Shown piece after piece: positions 42,065 through 51,726 of a stretch of 64,000 bases of DNA. This DNA is from Candidatus Cloacimonadales bacterium (GTDB lineage Bacteria; Cloacimonadota; Cloacimonadia; Cloacimonadales; JAIOQZ01): positions 160,001-224,000 of the forward strand of contig OY762463.1 of assembly GCA_963665815.1 (NCBI GenBank), given 5' to 3'. Made by a program: the position numbers and the translations under genes. The notes under the pieces were generated by a model. It did not search any database. It saw only the letters and a list, made by a program, of their open reading frames with translations, and had not been told where the DNA came from. Within the stretch, counting starts at the first letter, position 1. Each line of letters starts with the position of its first letter.

Positions 42065-44797
42065 TTATTTATTCATAATTTTTTTAACGTTGTCAAGCGA
42101 GTCAGCTTTAGATGAGATTTCTTTAATATCTCCTTTTTGCAGGTGCAGGAAATCGCTTCTTGGAATCTGTACATCATTGTTAAACCATTTCTGTTCTCTT
42201 GAACGGGTTTTAGTAGATGGATTCAACTTGCCCCACTCGCACCAGTAGCCGTACTTCATACCATCTTTGTAGTATCCTTCAGTTTTCAATTGTTCATCAT
42301 CATACCAGAAGTTCCACAGTTTGGATCTCTTTCCGTTTTCATACTCACCTTTGGATTCAAGGTTACCATTAAAGTGGTTAGTTGTCCAGATCCCCTCTTT
42401 TGCATTGTTTTCAAATATTCCCTGAGATTCAAGTGAACCATTATCATGCCAGGTTTTCCACAGTCCGGTTTTCATATTTCTTGTATAAGCACCTTCACTC
42501 TTCTTTACTGAATTTGAATGCCAGGTCATCCAATGTCCTGTTTTCAGGTCGTTTTTGTAACTTCCTTCGGTTTCTTTTACACCATCCGGATAATATGTTG
42601 TCCACATTCCTTCAAGTTTGTTGTCATAGTAACTACCTGTAGATTTAATTTTACCGTTGCTGTGAAAGAACTTCCATTGACCTTGTCTCTTATCATCAAC
42701 AAGTCGTCCTTCTCTTCCGGTTCCGTCTGTATCCCATTCTTTTACATATTCTGATCTGACACCATTAACATAGCTGTATTCGGCTTTTTTTGCTCCACCA
42801 GGATAATAGAGTTTCCAAAGACCAGTCCTATTACCGTTAGCATAATCACCTTCTTCAGATGATCCATCGGAATTCCATTTTTTCCTGTAAGACTGAGGAA
42901 CACCGTTCAGATACTTTACAAGTTCTTTTTTCTTACCGTCAGGGTAAAATTCCTGCCATTCACCTTCGCGTTGCCCATTCTTAAGATTACCAGTAAAATA
43001 AGTTCCATCGGCTTCCCATTCAGTCCATTCTCCATTTTTAATGCCTTTTTCGTAAGTCCCCTTTTTAAGGATTTTACCACTTGCATTGTGAAAGCTCCAG
43101 ATTCCATCACGCATTTCAGATGTGTAATTTCCGGTTTCATAGTTACCCATGGAGTCCCATTCCGTCCACACTCCATTTTTCACATCATTAATGTATGTTC
43201 CTTCGCTTTTCTTATTGCTCTGATTATAATAGTGTACCCAGGAACCATTTTTCTTGTCATTTGTATATGTAGCGTTGGCATATGTTCCATCTTCAAACCA
43301 GAGTGTCCAGTTTCCGTTTCTGGTGCCGTTTTCGAATGGACCTTCTGCATGTTTTCTACCGGATTTATCATAAAGAGTCCAGTTCCCGGTTTTCTTACCG
43401 TTAACGTAAGCTCCTCTTTCAATTGTTCCGTCAGCATTAATGAATTTCCAGTCTCCGCTTACTGTATTGTTGTTATAATTACATTCAGCAACAACTCCAT
43501 CCTTCATGTAAACTTTCCAGATTCCCTGCTTAACATTGTTAGAGAAATTACCTTCAGTAGTTTTATTGTTTGCATAATCGTAGTAAACCCAATTGCCGGA
43601 TTTAACATTGCTGATGTATGGTCCTACGCCATAGGATCTGTCTTTTTCCCACTCTGTCCATCTACCGACTTTAATTCCGTCAGCAAGATTTCCCTGAGCT
43701 TTCAGTTGACCATCAGGATAATAGTATTTCCAGTCACCGGTTGTTATCCCATTTTCATAGCGACCTTCGGATTTCGATCCGTCAGATTCCCAGAGAGCCC
43801 AGTATCCATGTTTGATGTCTTTAGAAAACGCTCCAACTGCTTTATCAGACTTATCTTTATAGAAGAATGCCCATTCTCCGGATTTAAGATTGTTTGTATA
43901 TCGTCCGGTTTCACGTTCTCCACTGGCAAATGTTGTATCCCATTTTCCATTTTTTATATCATTTTCGTATATACCTTCGTGATAATCTCCGTTTCTCTTC
44001 CATTCTTTCCAGAGTCCATTCTTTCTGCCGTTGGAGAGAGGTCCTTCAGACTTTTCTTTTCCATCAGCACTTGTGAATTTCCAGTATCCGTTTCTTACGT
44101 TATTTTCGTAAATGCCTTCAGCTTTAGAACCGTCAGCATTGAATTCTTCCCAGGAACCGTTTTTGATTCCATTGGTGAATTCACCTTTTTCAAGAAGATT
44201 ATCTTTATTATCGTAAAATGACCAGACTCCGGCTTTAACATTGTTGATGTACTTTCCGGTAGACATGTATCCGTTTTTCTCCCATTCTTTCCATTGTCCA
44301 TCTTTGACTTGAGCTTTATATTCACCTTCCATGTAAAGAAAGTCGTCTTTATCCCAGAACTTCCATATACCGGCTGTTTTATCATTAATGTAATTCCCGG
44401 AAGATTTGCTGCCATTTTCTTCCCATTCTGTCCATCTGCCGGTTCGCTTATTATTGGTATATGTTCCCTCTGCTTTGTCATTTCCATTTTTGTAATATGA
44501 AACAAACTTTCCGGATTTAACATCTGGATTCTTTGCAGTAATTTCGCATTCCCAGGCAAGCTGTCCATTCATATAATAAACCTTAGCTTTACCAACAGGT
44601 ATACCTTTCTTGTATTTAACAATCTGATAGTACTTTGCAGCAAGTGAGTTGTCTGTTTCATTAAATGCTCCATCAAGATAGTGCATCCACTTTCCCGCTC
44701 TTAAACCGTCATCGTCTGTTCTGTTAGGCAACTCCGGGAGAGCATTGCTCATTACAGTAAACGATAAAAAAAGAAAAAAGATTATAAATCTGTACAT
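42065..44797 (-). CDS. Exported MORN-variant repeat protein (YwqK-like repeats)
   Basis: 910 aa; signal peptide; more than 30 tandem ~23-aa units GxWxxY/WxxxGxxxxGxYxNxxK. Confidence 0.85.
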   Translation of the reverse strand: MYRFIIFFLFLSFTVMSNALPELPNRTDDDGLRAGKWMHYLDGAFNETDNSLAAKYYQIVKYKKGIPVGKAKVYYMNGQLAWECEITAKNPDVKSGKFVSYYKNGNDKAEGTYTNNKRTGRWTEWEENGSKSSGNYINDKTAGIWKFWDKDDFLYMEGEYKAQVKDGQWKEWEKNGYMSTGKYINNVKAGVWSFYDNKDNLLEKGEFTNGIKNGSWEEFNADGSKAEGIYENNVRNGYWKFTSADGKEKSEGPLSNGRKNGLWKEWKRNGDYHEGIYENDIKNGKWDTTFASGERETGRYTNNLKSGEWAFFYKDKSDKAVGAFSKDIKHGYWALWESDGSKSEGRYENGITTGDWKYYYPDGQLKAQGNLADGIKVGRWTEWEKDRSYGVGPYISNVKSGNWVYYDYANNKTTEGNFSNNVKQGIWKVYMKDGVVAECNYNNNTVSGDWKFINADGTIERGAYVNGKKTGNWTLYDKSGRKHAEGPFENGTRNGNWTLWFEDGTYANATYTNDKKNGSWVHYYNQSNKKSEGTYINDVKNGVWTEWDSMGNYETGNYTSEMRDGIWSFHNASGKILKKGTYEKGIKNGEWTEWEADGTYFTGNLKNGQREGEWQEFYPDGKKKELVKYLNGVPQSYRKKWNSDGSSEEGDYANGNRTGLWKLYYPGGAKKAEYSYVNGVRSEYVKEWDTDGTGREGRLVDDKRQGQWKFFHSNGKIKSTGSYYDNKLEGMWTTYYPDGVKETEGSYKNDLKTGHWMTWHSNSVKKSEGAYTRNMKTGLWKTWHDNGSLESQGIFENNAKEGIWTTNHFNGNLESKGEYENGKRSKLWNFWYDDEQLKTEGYYKDGMKYGYWCEWGKLNPSTKTRSREQKWFNNDVQIPRSDFLHLQKGDIKEISSKADSLDNVKKIMNK

Positions 44798-45038
44798 CTA
44801 TTTTTTTCCTCCAGAAAATCTGTTAAAATTATTAACTGTTCGCTTTAAAAGTCAATCATTTTTTTTTTGAGTATTTTGCCATTATATTATAACTCTTAAG
44901 ACAATAATAAGATAGCTGATTGAAGAGCAAACTTCGTTTTTTTGTATTAGCATTGTAATTTATGTAATGTCAGTTTTTTAGGTATTATTGAAAATTATAT
45001 TTACTTTTATCTATAGTATAATTGAGAATATTTGCCTG

Positions 45039-45506
45039 TCAAGTTCTTCGTATGAAATTTCTTTTTCTTATATTTTCCAGACGTTTTTTTATCATTTTTT
45101 CTCCGATTGTGAAATAGAGAATTGCCAGAACCGCAACAGATATAAAAAAAACAATTCTGATTATAGTGATTAAAACAAAAGGAAGAGCAAAATGTCCTAA
45201 CTCTGTATGACTTATCACATCACCCGGTTCAATATCATAATCAAACAAAGTCATATCCATATCAGGCGCATTCTCGCCAGTGATTTTTGAAAACTCATCA
45301 AATGGAATAGAAAGGATTGCTGAAGCTTCCCTCAGGGTTGTGTCTTCCGTGATTTCTGAATAATCCAGACAGGCTCCTGAGTAGCTTTTCAAGTCGCGAA
45401 AATCTGCACATATACTTAGAACAACAATTATACCATAATACAGAATCAGGATCCCTGTTACAATATACTTTGAAAACTGTTTCCAGTGTTTAATCAGTTC
45501 TTCCAT
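45039..45506 (-). CDS. Two-TM membrane protein, paralogue of 45507-45977
   Basis: TM-loop-TM-basic tail; loop ITEDTTLREA..LSIP..DMDMTLFDYDI. Confidence 0.6.
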   Translation of the reverse strand: MEELIKHWKQFSKYIVTGILILYYGIIVVLSICADFRDLKSYSGACLDYSEITEDTTLREASAILSIPFDEFSKITGENAPDMDMTLFDYDIEPGDVISHTELGHFALPFVLITIIRIVFFISVAVLAILYFTIGEKMIKKRLENIRKRNFIRRT

Positions 45507-45977
45507 TTACTTTTTTCCCATGAATTTTTTCATTTTTTGGAGATTGTTAATGTTATCTATTCTTTTCTGAGAAGATTGGTGTTTAACACGCTGCTTCTCT
45601 GCTTTTCTGATTACATATATCATCATGATCAGCCACCTTAAAATGATGTAGCACAATGCACTTAAAGATATTATTGATGCTGCTATATGGAGATAGTCTC
45701 CGGAGAATCGTTCTACATTACTGTTTTTCCACAAAATATCGGTGGATATTTCAAGATCTTTCAGTGTTTTATTGAAATCTATTTCTTTATTTGGGAAAAT
45801 AAATTCAGCTTCTCTCTGTGGGATGTTCAATCTCTTAAACGCTTTTGCCAGTGTTATATCTTCTTTTATTACAACAAAAAGAACTTCACTTGAAGCAACC
45901 CAGAATATCCTTAATGCTGTGATAAACAACATGAAGAAAAATGCTTCATTCATTGGATTACGTTTTATATTACTCAT
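45507..45977 (-). CDS. Two-TM membrane protein, paralogue of 45039-45506
   Basis: TM-loop-TM-basic tail; loop IKEDITLAKA..LNIP..DFNKTLKDLEI; GGAG RBS. Confidence 0.6.
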   Translation of the reverse strand: MSNIKRNPMNEAFFFMLFITALRIFWVASSEVLFVVIKEDITLAKAFKRLNIPQREAEFIFPNKEIDFNKTLKDLEISTDILWKNSNVERFSGDYLHIAASIISLSALCYIILRWLIMMIYVIRKAEKQRVKHQSSQKRIDNINNLQKMKKFMGKK

Positions 45978-46165
45978 TTATTCTCCGGTAATATTATAGC
46001 TTTTATGATCATAATCTTGTTTGGCTGGAGATAATAGTCAAGCTTATTCATTGAAATGTTACTTATAAGAGGGTTCAGTGTCATGAAAATTGATCCGATA
46101 AAACATTTGACAATAATATTGGAGTGTTACTATTACTGAACATATTTAAAAACAGGGATGATATT

Positions 46166-47047
46166 ATGATAGATAGAACTTTTAAAGAATATGTTGATGG
46201 TTTAGATAAAAAAGGTCTGATAGCTGCAATGGATAGAGTTAACAGAGACCGTTATGAAGATTGTTATCAGTATATGAAAGAAGTGCTTGAAACAAAATAC
46301 AATAAATATGGTTTATCTGATGTAGTCGTGAACAGGGATGAAGAAACGGAAAGTACTTTCATTAATGTAAAAGATGAGGAAATCGCAGATGAGTTAGCTG
46401 AAGTGAATGATGAAGATGATTCAGACGATTCAGTGATTAATGTTTCCGGAATTGATAAAGAAAACCTTAATAGTGAAATCAGTGATATCTTCAGAAAACT
46501 GCATGACAAGAGTTATTGCGAGATAAAAGTAATTCATGATCAGTATCCTTCATTAAAAATTATACAAGAAAGGGAGAAGTATTACGTTTCTTATTTCAAA
46601 TGTCCCGGACTAAGCGAACTGAGTTTAAATGAAGCATCTGTCAAGAAGATACTTAAAGCTTATCTTAAAGACAATGATAGCTGGCAATCAGTATACTTGA
46701 GGGAACTGAAAAGTGTTGCCGCTGCGGCTAAAGTAAACAGAACTTTCTATAAATACTCTAAGATATTTGCTGCTGTAGTTTCAGTAGTATTGTTTCTTTC
46801 AGCAGCAATACCTGAATTAAGTTTTGTACACAACATGTATTTTAAAGATATTGAGAGAGTCATAGGTATATTCTCACTTACTTTTTTCCTTGGTTTCCTT
46901 GATGAACTCATACTTATTTTTAATGGTAATTATAAATTTGTTGGTTTCAGAACGTCCTTATATGTATTAGCTGTCAGTGGAGCAGCAATTGGATTTGTAA
47001 TATATTTCTACTATGATTTGTTCAGACTTTTGATTAGAATAATATAA
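46166..47047 (+). CDS. Hypothetical protein with acidic N-terminal region and about three C-terminal TM helices
   Basis: Long ORF; ATG 46166 preferred over GTG 46124. Confidence 0.6.
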   Translation: MIDRTFKEYVDGLDKKGLIAAMDRVNRDRYEDCYQYMKEVLETKYNKYGLSDVVVNRDEETESTFINVKDEEIADELAEVNDEDDSDDSVINVSGIDKENLNSEISDIFRKLHDKSYCEIKVIHDQYPSLKIIQEREKYYVSYFKCPGLSELSLNEASVKKILKAYLKDNDSWQSVYLRELKSVAAAAKVNRTFYKYSKIFAAVVSVVLFLSAAIPELSFVHNMYFKDIERVIGIFSLTFFLGFLDELILIFNGNYKFVGFRTSLYVLAVSGAAIGFVIYFYYDLFRLLIRII

Positions 47048-47066
47048 TTGAGTAACAGGAGGAATT

Positions 47067-47681
47067 ATGAAGTTGAAAAGGTGTGTATTGTTTTTCGCTA
47101 TTTTAGTTTTAATGACAGGTTGTGCCAGTAGCTTTGTCTCCGTAGAAAATCAACTTCATAAGGATTATAGCAACACATTTGAAAATAATGATTTCAAAAC
47201 AGAATATTCTTTTCATGTGATGGAATAATCTCAGAATGAGACATATGCAAAGAAGGCACTCAAGAAAGGATTTCAGGTTTTAAGTATTAAACTGACCAAC
47301 AAGACTGACAGGGTTTTAAATCTGAGAAAGGATGTTAATTTTATGCTGAACGATCAGGTAGTATATCCTCTGAAAGTGCAGCAATTAGATCTGCATATCA
47401 GGCAATGGGTGCTTCCTCATTTGTTGTGGACTGGACTTTCTGCCGGTGCAATATTTGTTAATGATGATGCAGAATTTCTGAAAATCCCAATAGCCTTGTT
47501 TGGACCTCTCGTTGCATTCACTAATGTAATGAAAAGTAAAAAAGCGAATGAACTATTTGTTAAGTATATCTCAGATAATAATTTGATAAACAGGACAATT
47601 AAGTCGGGGGAAACTCTGGAAGGAGTTCTTGTGCTGAAATCATTTACGCATGGACAACTTAATATTGAGGTTATTGAATAA
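47067..47681 (+). pseudogene. Lipoprotein gene interrupted by an in-frame TAA at 47226-47228
   Basis: AGGAGG RBS; MKLKRCVLFFAILVLMTG|C lipobox; the same frame continues past the stop into the track ORF 47343-47681. Confidence 0.75.
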
Positions 47682-47710
47682 GTAATTACAACGGATTATT
47701 CCATTATTTT

Positions 47711-47874
47711 GACCACAGAATATACGGAAAGAAGAACTTCTTATAAACTCTTTAGAAAGGGGTACGCAGGTAATGTACCTGCATTCACTTCAGGCTCGTA
47801 AACTCAATATTTCTACATGTACAAGCTTCAGCAATTCTGCCAAATGCGTAGAGGGATACAGCCGTTTGTCTCAT
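47711..47874 (+). repeat. REP-like mosaic element, copy B (degenerate)
   Basis: accacagaatatacggaaa module; gcaggta-atg-tacctgc hairpin; ttctgccaaatgcgtagagggatacagccgtttgtctcat (47835-47874) collinear with the other copies. Confidence 0.55.
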
Positions 47875-48173
47875 CTTTGTCTCTTAACTCTGAAACAACA
47901 TCTGTTCATTCTTCATTACTTTTACTTTTTTGATAAGAGTTTAGAGGTTTGCTTTTGAGTTGAAGTCCAATATCTCCTAAGGTTGTAATAGTTTGATGCG
48001 AGAATTCATAGGGTATGAGAACTCCACATTGGTAAAGCAAGAATATTTACAGGTCAAGACCAGATATTAATGTGACAATTACTAATATATAAAAGTGTTT
48101 TTTTGAAAAGAAATATTAAATTATTTACAATGATCCGATTATAAACAACTAAATATATAATAAGGAGTTAATT

Positions 48174-49655
48174 ATGAAGGCGTTATTAATTTATCCTGAA
48201 ATTCCTGAAACATTTTGGAGTTTCAAATATGCAATGAAAATTATCAATAAGAAAGCTTCATCTCCTCCTTTAGGGTTGTTAACATTGGCATCATTAATGC
48301 CAAACAATTGGGACTTAAAACTGATAGATCTCAATGTAAACAAGATGACTGATGAGTTATTAGAGTGGGCAGATATTGTGCTGATAAGCAGTATGATTGT
48401 TCAGAAAGAAGCAACCATAGAGCTTATAAATAAATGTTCAAATTACGATGTTTTTATTGTCGTAGGAGGACCTCTGTTTACTGAAGAATATCTTAGTTTA
48501 GACAATATCAATTGCTATGTTTTGAATGAAGCAGAGATAACATTTCCTTTATTTTTGGAAGATCTTAGAAAGGGAGAGCTAAAAAAAATTTATAGAACTA
48601 CAAACTTCTCAGATATGACAAAAAGTCCTTGTCCTATGTGGGAGCTGGTTAATTTTGATTATTATGATTCTATTGGAATTCAGTTTTCCCGTGGTTGTCC
48701 TCATGATTGTGAATTTTGCAGTGTTACTTCTTTGTTTGGGCATAAACCAAGAATAAAAACTGCAGATCAGATATTACAGGAATTAGATAAAATATATAGC
48801 CTTGGATGGAAAGGAAGTATCTTTTTTGTAGATGACAATTTTATTGGAAACATGAAATATGTTAAATCTTTTTTGTTACCAAAAATTATTAAATGGAGGG
48901 CTCATAAAAAAGGTATTTCCTTTCATACTCAACTATCAATGAATATTGCAGATGATGAGGAAGCTGTGAATTTAATGGTAGAAGCGGGGTTTACGAAAGT
49001 TTTTGTTGGAATAGAAACACCTGAAGAAAGCAGTTTGGCTGAATGCAACAAGTATTCTAATCAACATCGTAATTTAATCAAAGATATTAATTTTTGTCAA
49101 AAAAAGGGTTTAGAGATACAAGGAGGATTTATCGTAGGGTTTGATCATGACCCTGTTTCAATTTTCAAAAAACAAATTGAGTTTATTCAAGAAAGTGCTA
49201 TTATTACTGCAATGGTGGGAATACTACAGGCTCTTCCCGGAACAGCTTTGTATAATCGGTTACAAAAGGAAGGCAGACTACAGGAGGCTTCATCAGGAGA
49301 TAATGTAGATGGTTCTACAAATATAATTCCTGTAATGGGATTGAATAATCTACAGGAAGGATATAAAATGATCATGAAAAAAATCTATTCCCCCAGTTTT
49401 TTTTATCAAAGAATAAAGAGATTTCTTCGAATTTACAGAAAGCCTGAAGCAAATGTTACAATAACTTTTAAACGGATACTGATTTTTTTACGTTCAGTTT
49501 TTTATATTGGTATCCTTGGTAAAGAACGAGTTTATTACTGGGATTTGATATTCTGGACTTTGGTGCATAGGCCAAAATTGTTTACTTTAGCTATTACATA
49601 TACGGTTTATGGTCAGCATTTCAGGAAGGTATGTGAGAAGTATAGTCTGATTTAA
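48174..49655 (+). CDS. B12-binding class B radical SAM protein (DUF4070-type C-terminus)
   Basis: PPLGLLTLA, VVGGP, SRGCPHDCEFC (CxxxCxxC), FFVDDNF, GFIVGFDHD, PGTALY; AAGGAG RBS; AT-rich. Confidence 0.9.
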   Translation: MKALLIYPEIPETFWSFKYAMKIINKKASSPPLGLLTLASLMPNNWDLKLIDLNVNKMTDELLEWADIVLISSMIVQKEATIELINKCSNYDVFIVVGGPLFTEEYLSLDNINCYVLNEAEITFPLFLEDLRKGELKKIYRTTNFSDMTKSPCPMWELVNFDYYDSIGIQFSRGCPHDCEFCSVTSLFGHKPRIKTADQILQELDKIYSLGWKGSIFFVDDNFIGNMKYVKSFLLPKIIKWRAHKKGISFHTQLSMNIADDEEAVNLMVEAGFTKVFVGIETPEESSLAECNKYSNQHRNLIKDINFCQKKGLEIQGGFIVGFDHDPVSIFKKQIEFIQESAIITAMVGILQALPGTALYNRLQKEGRLQEASSGDNVDGSTNIIPVMGLNNLQEGYKMIMKKIYSPSFFYQRIKRFLRIYRKPEANVTITFKRILIFLRSVFYIGILGKERVYYWDLIFWTLVHRPKLFTLAITYTVYGQHFRKVCEKYSLI

Positions 49656-49893
49656 CTTCGGATAGCTGCATATTTTCTTTTGACTTTTTGATTTATTTCC
49701 CAATTTATGCGCTTAGGCAACAATGATGCTAATCTCCTCAGAAATAAACATTTATCATTCTTAAATAATAGATATCAAAACAAATTAGACAATAAATCCG
49801 TCAATCATTGAATTTTGCAACTGGAGATCACATTCGGAATGGATGTAATCCTTCCGACTAGTGTGACATATAGGCATAAGCATTTTTTTGGGG

Positions 49894-50206
49894 AACCACG
49901 GAAGGAACAAAAGGCCAGGATTGCTTTTGTTGAAGACTTTGAGCATGGAATAAAACCTCCGCAATTGTGAATTTTAAACATGGGTCTATATGTTGTTACA
50001 CCTCTGATTCAACACTGATGAATCTTTCTTACTATCAGGTAGAGCTTTGTCAATGCGTGTTTGAGTTGTTCTCGCAACCGTGTAAAAATGTGTATGTATC
50101 AAATAGCCGTTGCATGCAATGCCTCTACATTGTTCCCAGCCGCGCAGAGACAACCGGATGGTTGTCTAATAGAATGAAGGTAGATGTATGCATTGGTCAT
50201 GTAGGT
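49894..50206 (+). repeat. REP-like mosaic element, copy C
   Basis: aaccacggaa module; ctccgcaat..taaac module; TGCATGCA-centred hairpin 50104-50128; ccagccgcgcagagacaaccggatggttgtct (50136-50167). Confidence 0.7.
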
Positions 50207-50237
50207 AGAAACTGATTTTTTTATGTGAGACTTCAAC

Positions 50238-50267
50238 AAAAAAAAGGCTGTCGAATGATCAACAGCC
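50238..50267 (-). terminator. Intrinsic terminator of aqpZ
   Basis: ggctgt..acagcc stem with A8 on +. Confidence 0.7.
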
Positions 50268-50291
50268 ATATTTTAATATTGTTCAAGAATC

Positions 50292-50987
50292 TTATTTTTC
50301 TTTTCCAATGAAATTATAGATAAATCCACCCAGTGCTCCTCCAATTATAGGGAACACCCAGAAGAACCAGAGTTGCTTCAGAGCTATACCCTGAGCAAAA
50401 ACAGCAACACCCATGCTTCTCGCAGGATTAACTGATGTGTTTGTAATAGGAATGCTGATGAGGTGAATAAGTGTTAAACCAAGACCGATAGCTATTGGTG
50501 CCAGACCTGCAGGGGCTCGTTTGTCAGTAGCACCCATAATTATAAACAGAAACATCATTGTCATAACAACTTCACAAACAAGACCGGCGAGCATTGAATA
50601 TCCGCCCGGAGAATGTTCTGCAAAGCCATTCGAAGCAAAACCACCGGCTGCACTAAAGTCAGCAACACCACTGGCTATAAGATAAAGAACTCCTCCACCT
50701 AATATACCACCGATAACCTGTGCAAGAATATAGGGGAGTACGTCTTTGCCGGGGAAGCGTTTACCAGCCCACAATCCAATTGTTACAGCAGGATTAAGAT
50801 GACATCCCGAAATATGACCAATTGCATAGGCCATTGTTAAGACAGTAAGACCAAATGCCAGGGATACCCCCAGCAGACCAATACCGACACCAGGAAAAGC
50901 AGCAGCCAGAACTGCACTACCGCATCCACCAAGAACAAGCCAGAAAGTACCAATGATTTCAGCTGTAAATCGTTTAGACATATTCAT
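50292..50987 (-). CDS. aqpZ: Aquaporin Z
   Basis: [20 protein letters not shown] and SVNPARS (two NPA boxes); ATG 50987 follows GGAGG. Confidence 0.95.
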   Translation of the reverse strand: MNMSKRFTAEIIGTFWLVLGGCGSAVLAAAFPGVGIGLLGVSLAFGLTVLTMAYAIGHISGCHLNPAVTIGLWAGKRFPGKDVLPYILAQVIGGILGGGVLYLIASGVADFSAAGGFASNGFAEHSPGGYSMLAGLVCEVVMTMMFLFIIMGATDKRAPAGLAPIAIGLGLTLIHLISIPITNTSVNPARSMGVAVFAQGIALKQLWFFWVFPIIGGALGGFIYNFIGKEK

Positions 50988-51191
50988 ATTTAATCCTCCC
51001 TTGGATTTTTCAAAATCTGGTAACATAAACTCATAAATGTCAAGAATATAATTTTCCGGAACTTATAATTATGTGATTTACCTGATTGAGGGATTATTTG
51101 GTGAAAGCCCTTGCGTATGGCTGAAAATCTCCGCAATGTTGGATTTAAACTACGGATACTGAGCCATAGATTTCACTGATTTAACAGATAA

Positions 51192-51506
51192 AATTCTCCT
51201 CCAGGGGAGGAGTACGCCGCAATGCGGTGGGAGCTGGTTTACATCATTATCTGAATCGAACTTATGCAAATACTTAACCCTCTTTCTCCATTCTGTCGAT
51301 ATTCACCCGTAGATGTTTTCGAAGAAACACATCCAGGATTAGCGTAGATGTTTACGCAGGAACACATCCAGGATTAGCGTAGGTGTTTCCGCAGGAACAC
51401 ACCTGGAATTAACGTAGATGTCTTTACGAAAAGGACTTATTCGGTGTACTTACAGCGAAGACAGAACCACCCCGCCCTTCGGGCACCCCTCCAAGGGATG
51501 GGAATT
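51192..51506. mobile_element. MITE/REPIN-like non-coding element with imperfect terminal inverted repeats
   Basis: Left end aattctcctccaggggaggagtacgccgc..tggtt versus reverse complement of right end aattcccatcccttggaggggtgcccg..tggtt. Confidence 0.5.
51308..51442 (+). repeat. Tandem array of 35-bp GTAG-hairpin units (three full, one degenerate)
   Basis: Units start at 51308, 51343, 51378 and 51413; consensus cGTAG(a/g)tgttt.cg.ag(g/a)aacaca(t/c)c.gg.atta. Confidence 0.85.
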
Positions 51507-51726
51507 ATAGCCTGCTGCTGTTTTCTAAATATTTGTACTTTTCTGCTAACCGCGTAAAGGCAACCGGACGGTTGACTCATTGGGTGTAGAGCCGATGCAT
51601 GCATCGGCTATGTTGGTTCAATAATCATTGTTCCTTATATATTGAAAACTACCCGATGCAAAAATAACTGGACATAATTTACCCCTAAAGTAACAAGAAT
51701 AATATAAATATTCAAGGTTGTATTTT

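Larger units (their letters stand above)
51059..51617 (+). repeat. REP-like mosaic element, copy D (contains an IR-bounded insert)
   Basis: Shares modules with copies A and C; ctaaccgcgtaaaggcaaccggacggttgactcat; GTAG-agccgatgcatgcatcggct perfect palindrome (51586-51610). Confidence 0.75.

Noticed and set aside
42971-44221. 416-aa ORF on the + strand
   Set aside because: Antisense shadow of the repetitive MORN gene; low-complexity translation with no recognisable motif.
42065-44797. Diversity-generating retroelement target or toxin-antitoxin pair
   Set aside because: No reverse transcriptase, template repeat or toxin gene seen in the window.
51308-51442. CRISPR array
   Set aside because: Units are contiguous 35-mers without unique spacers, and there are no cas genes in the window.
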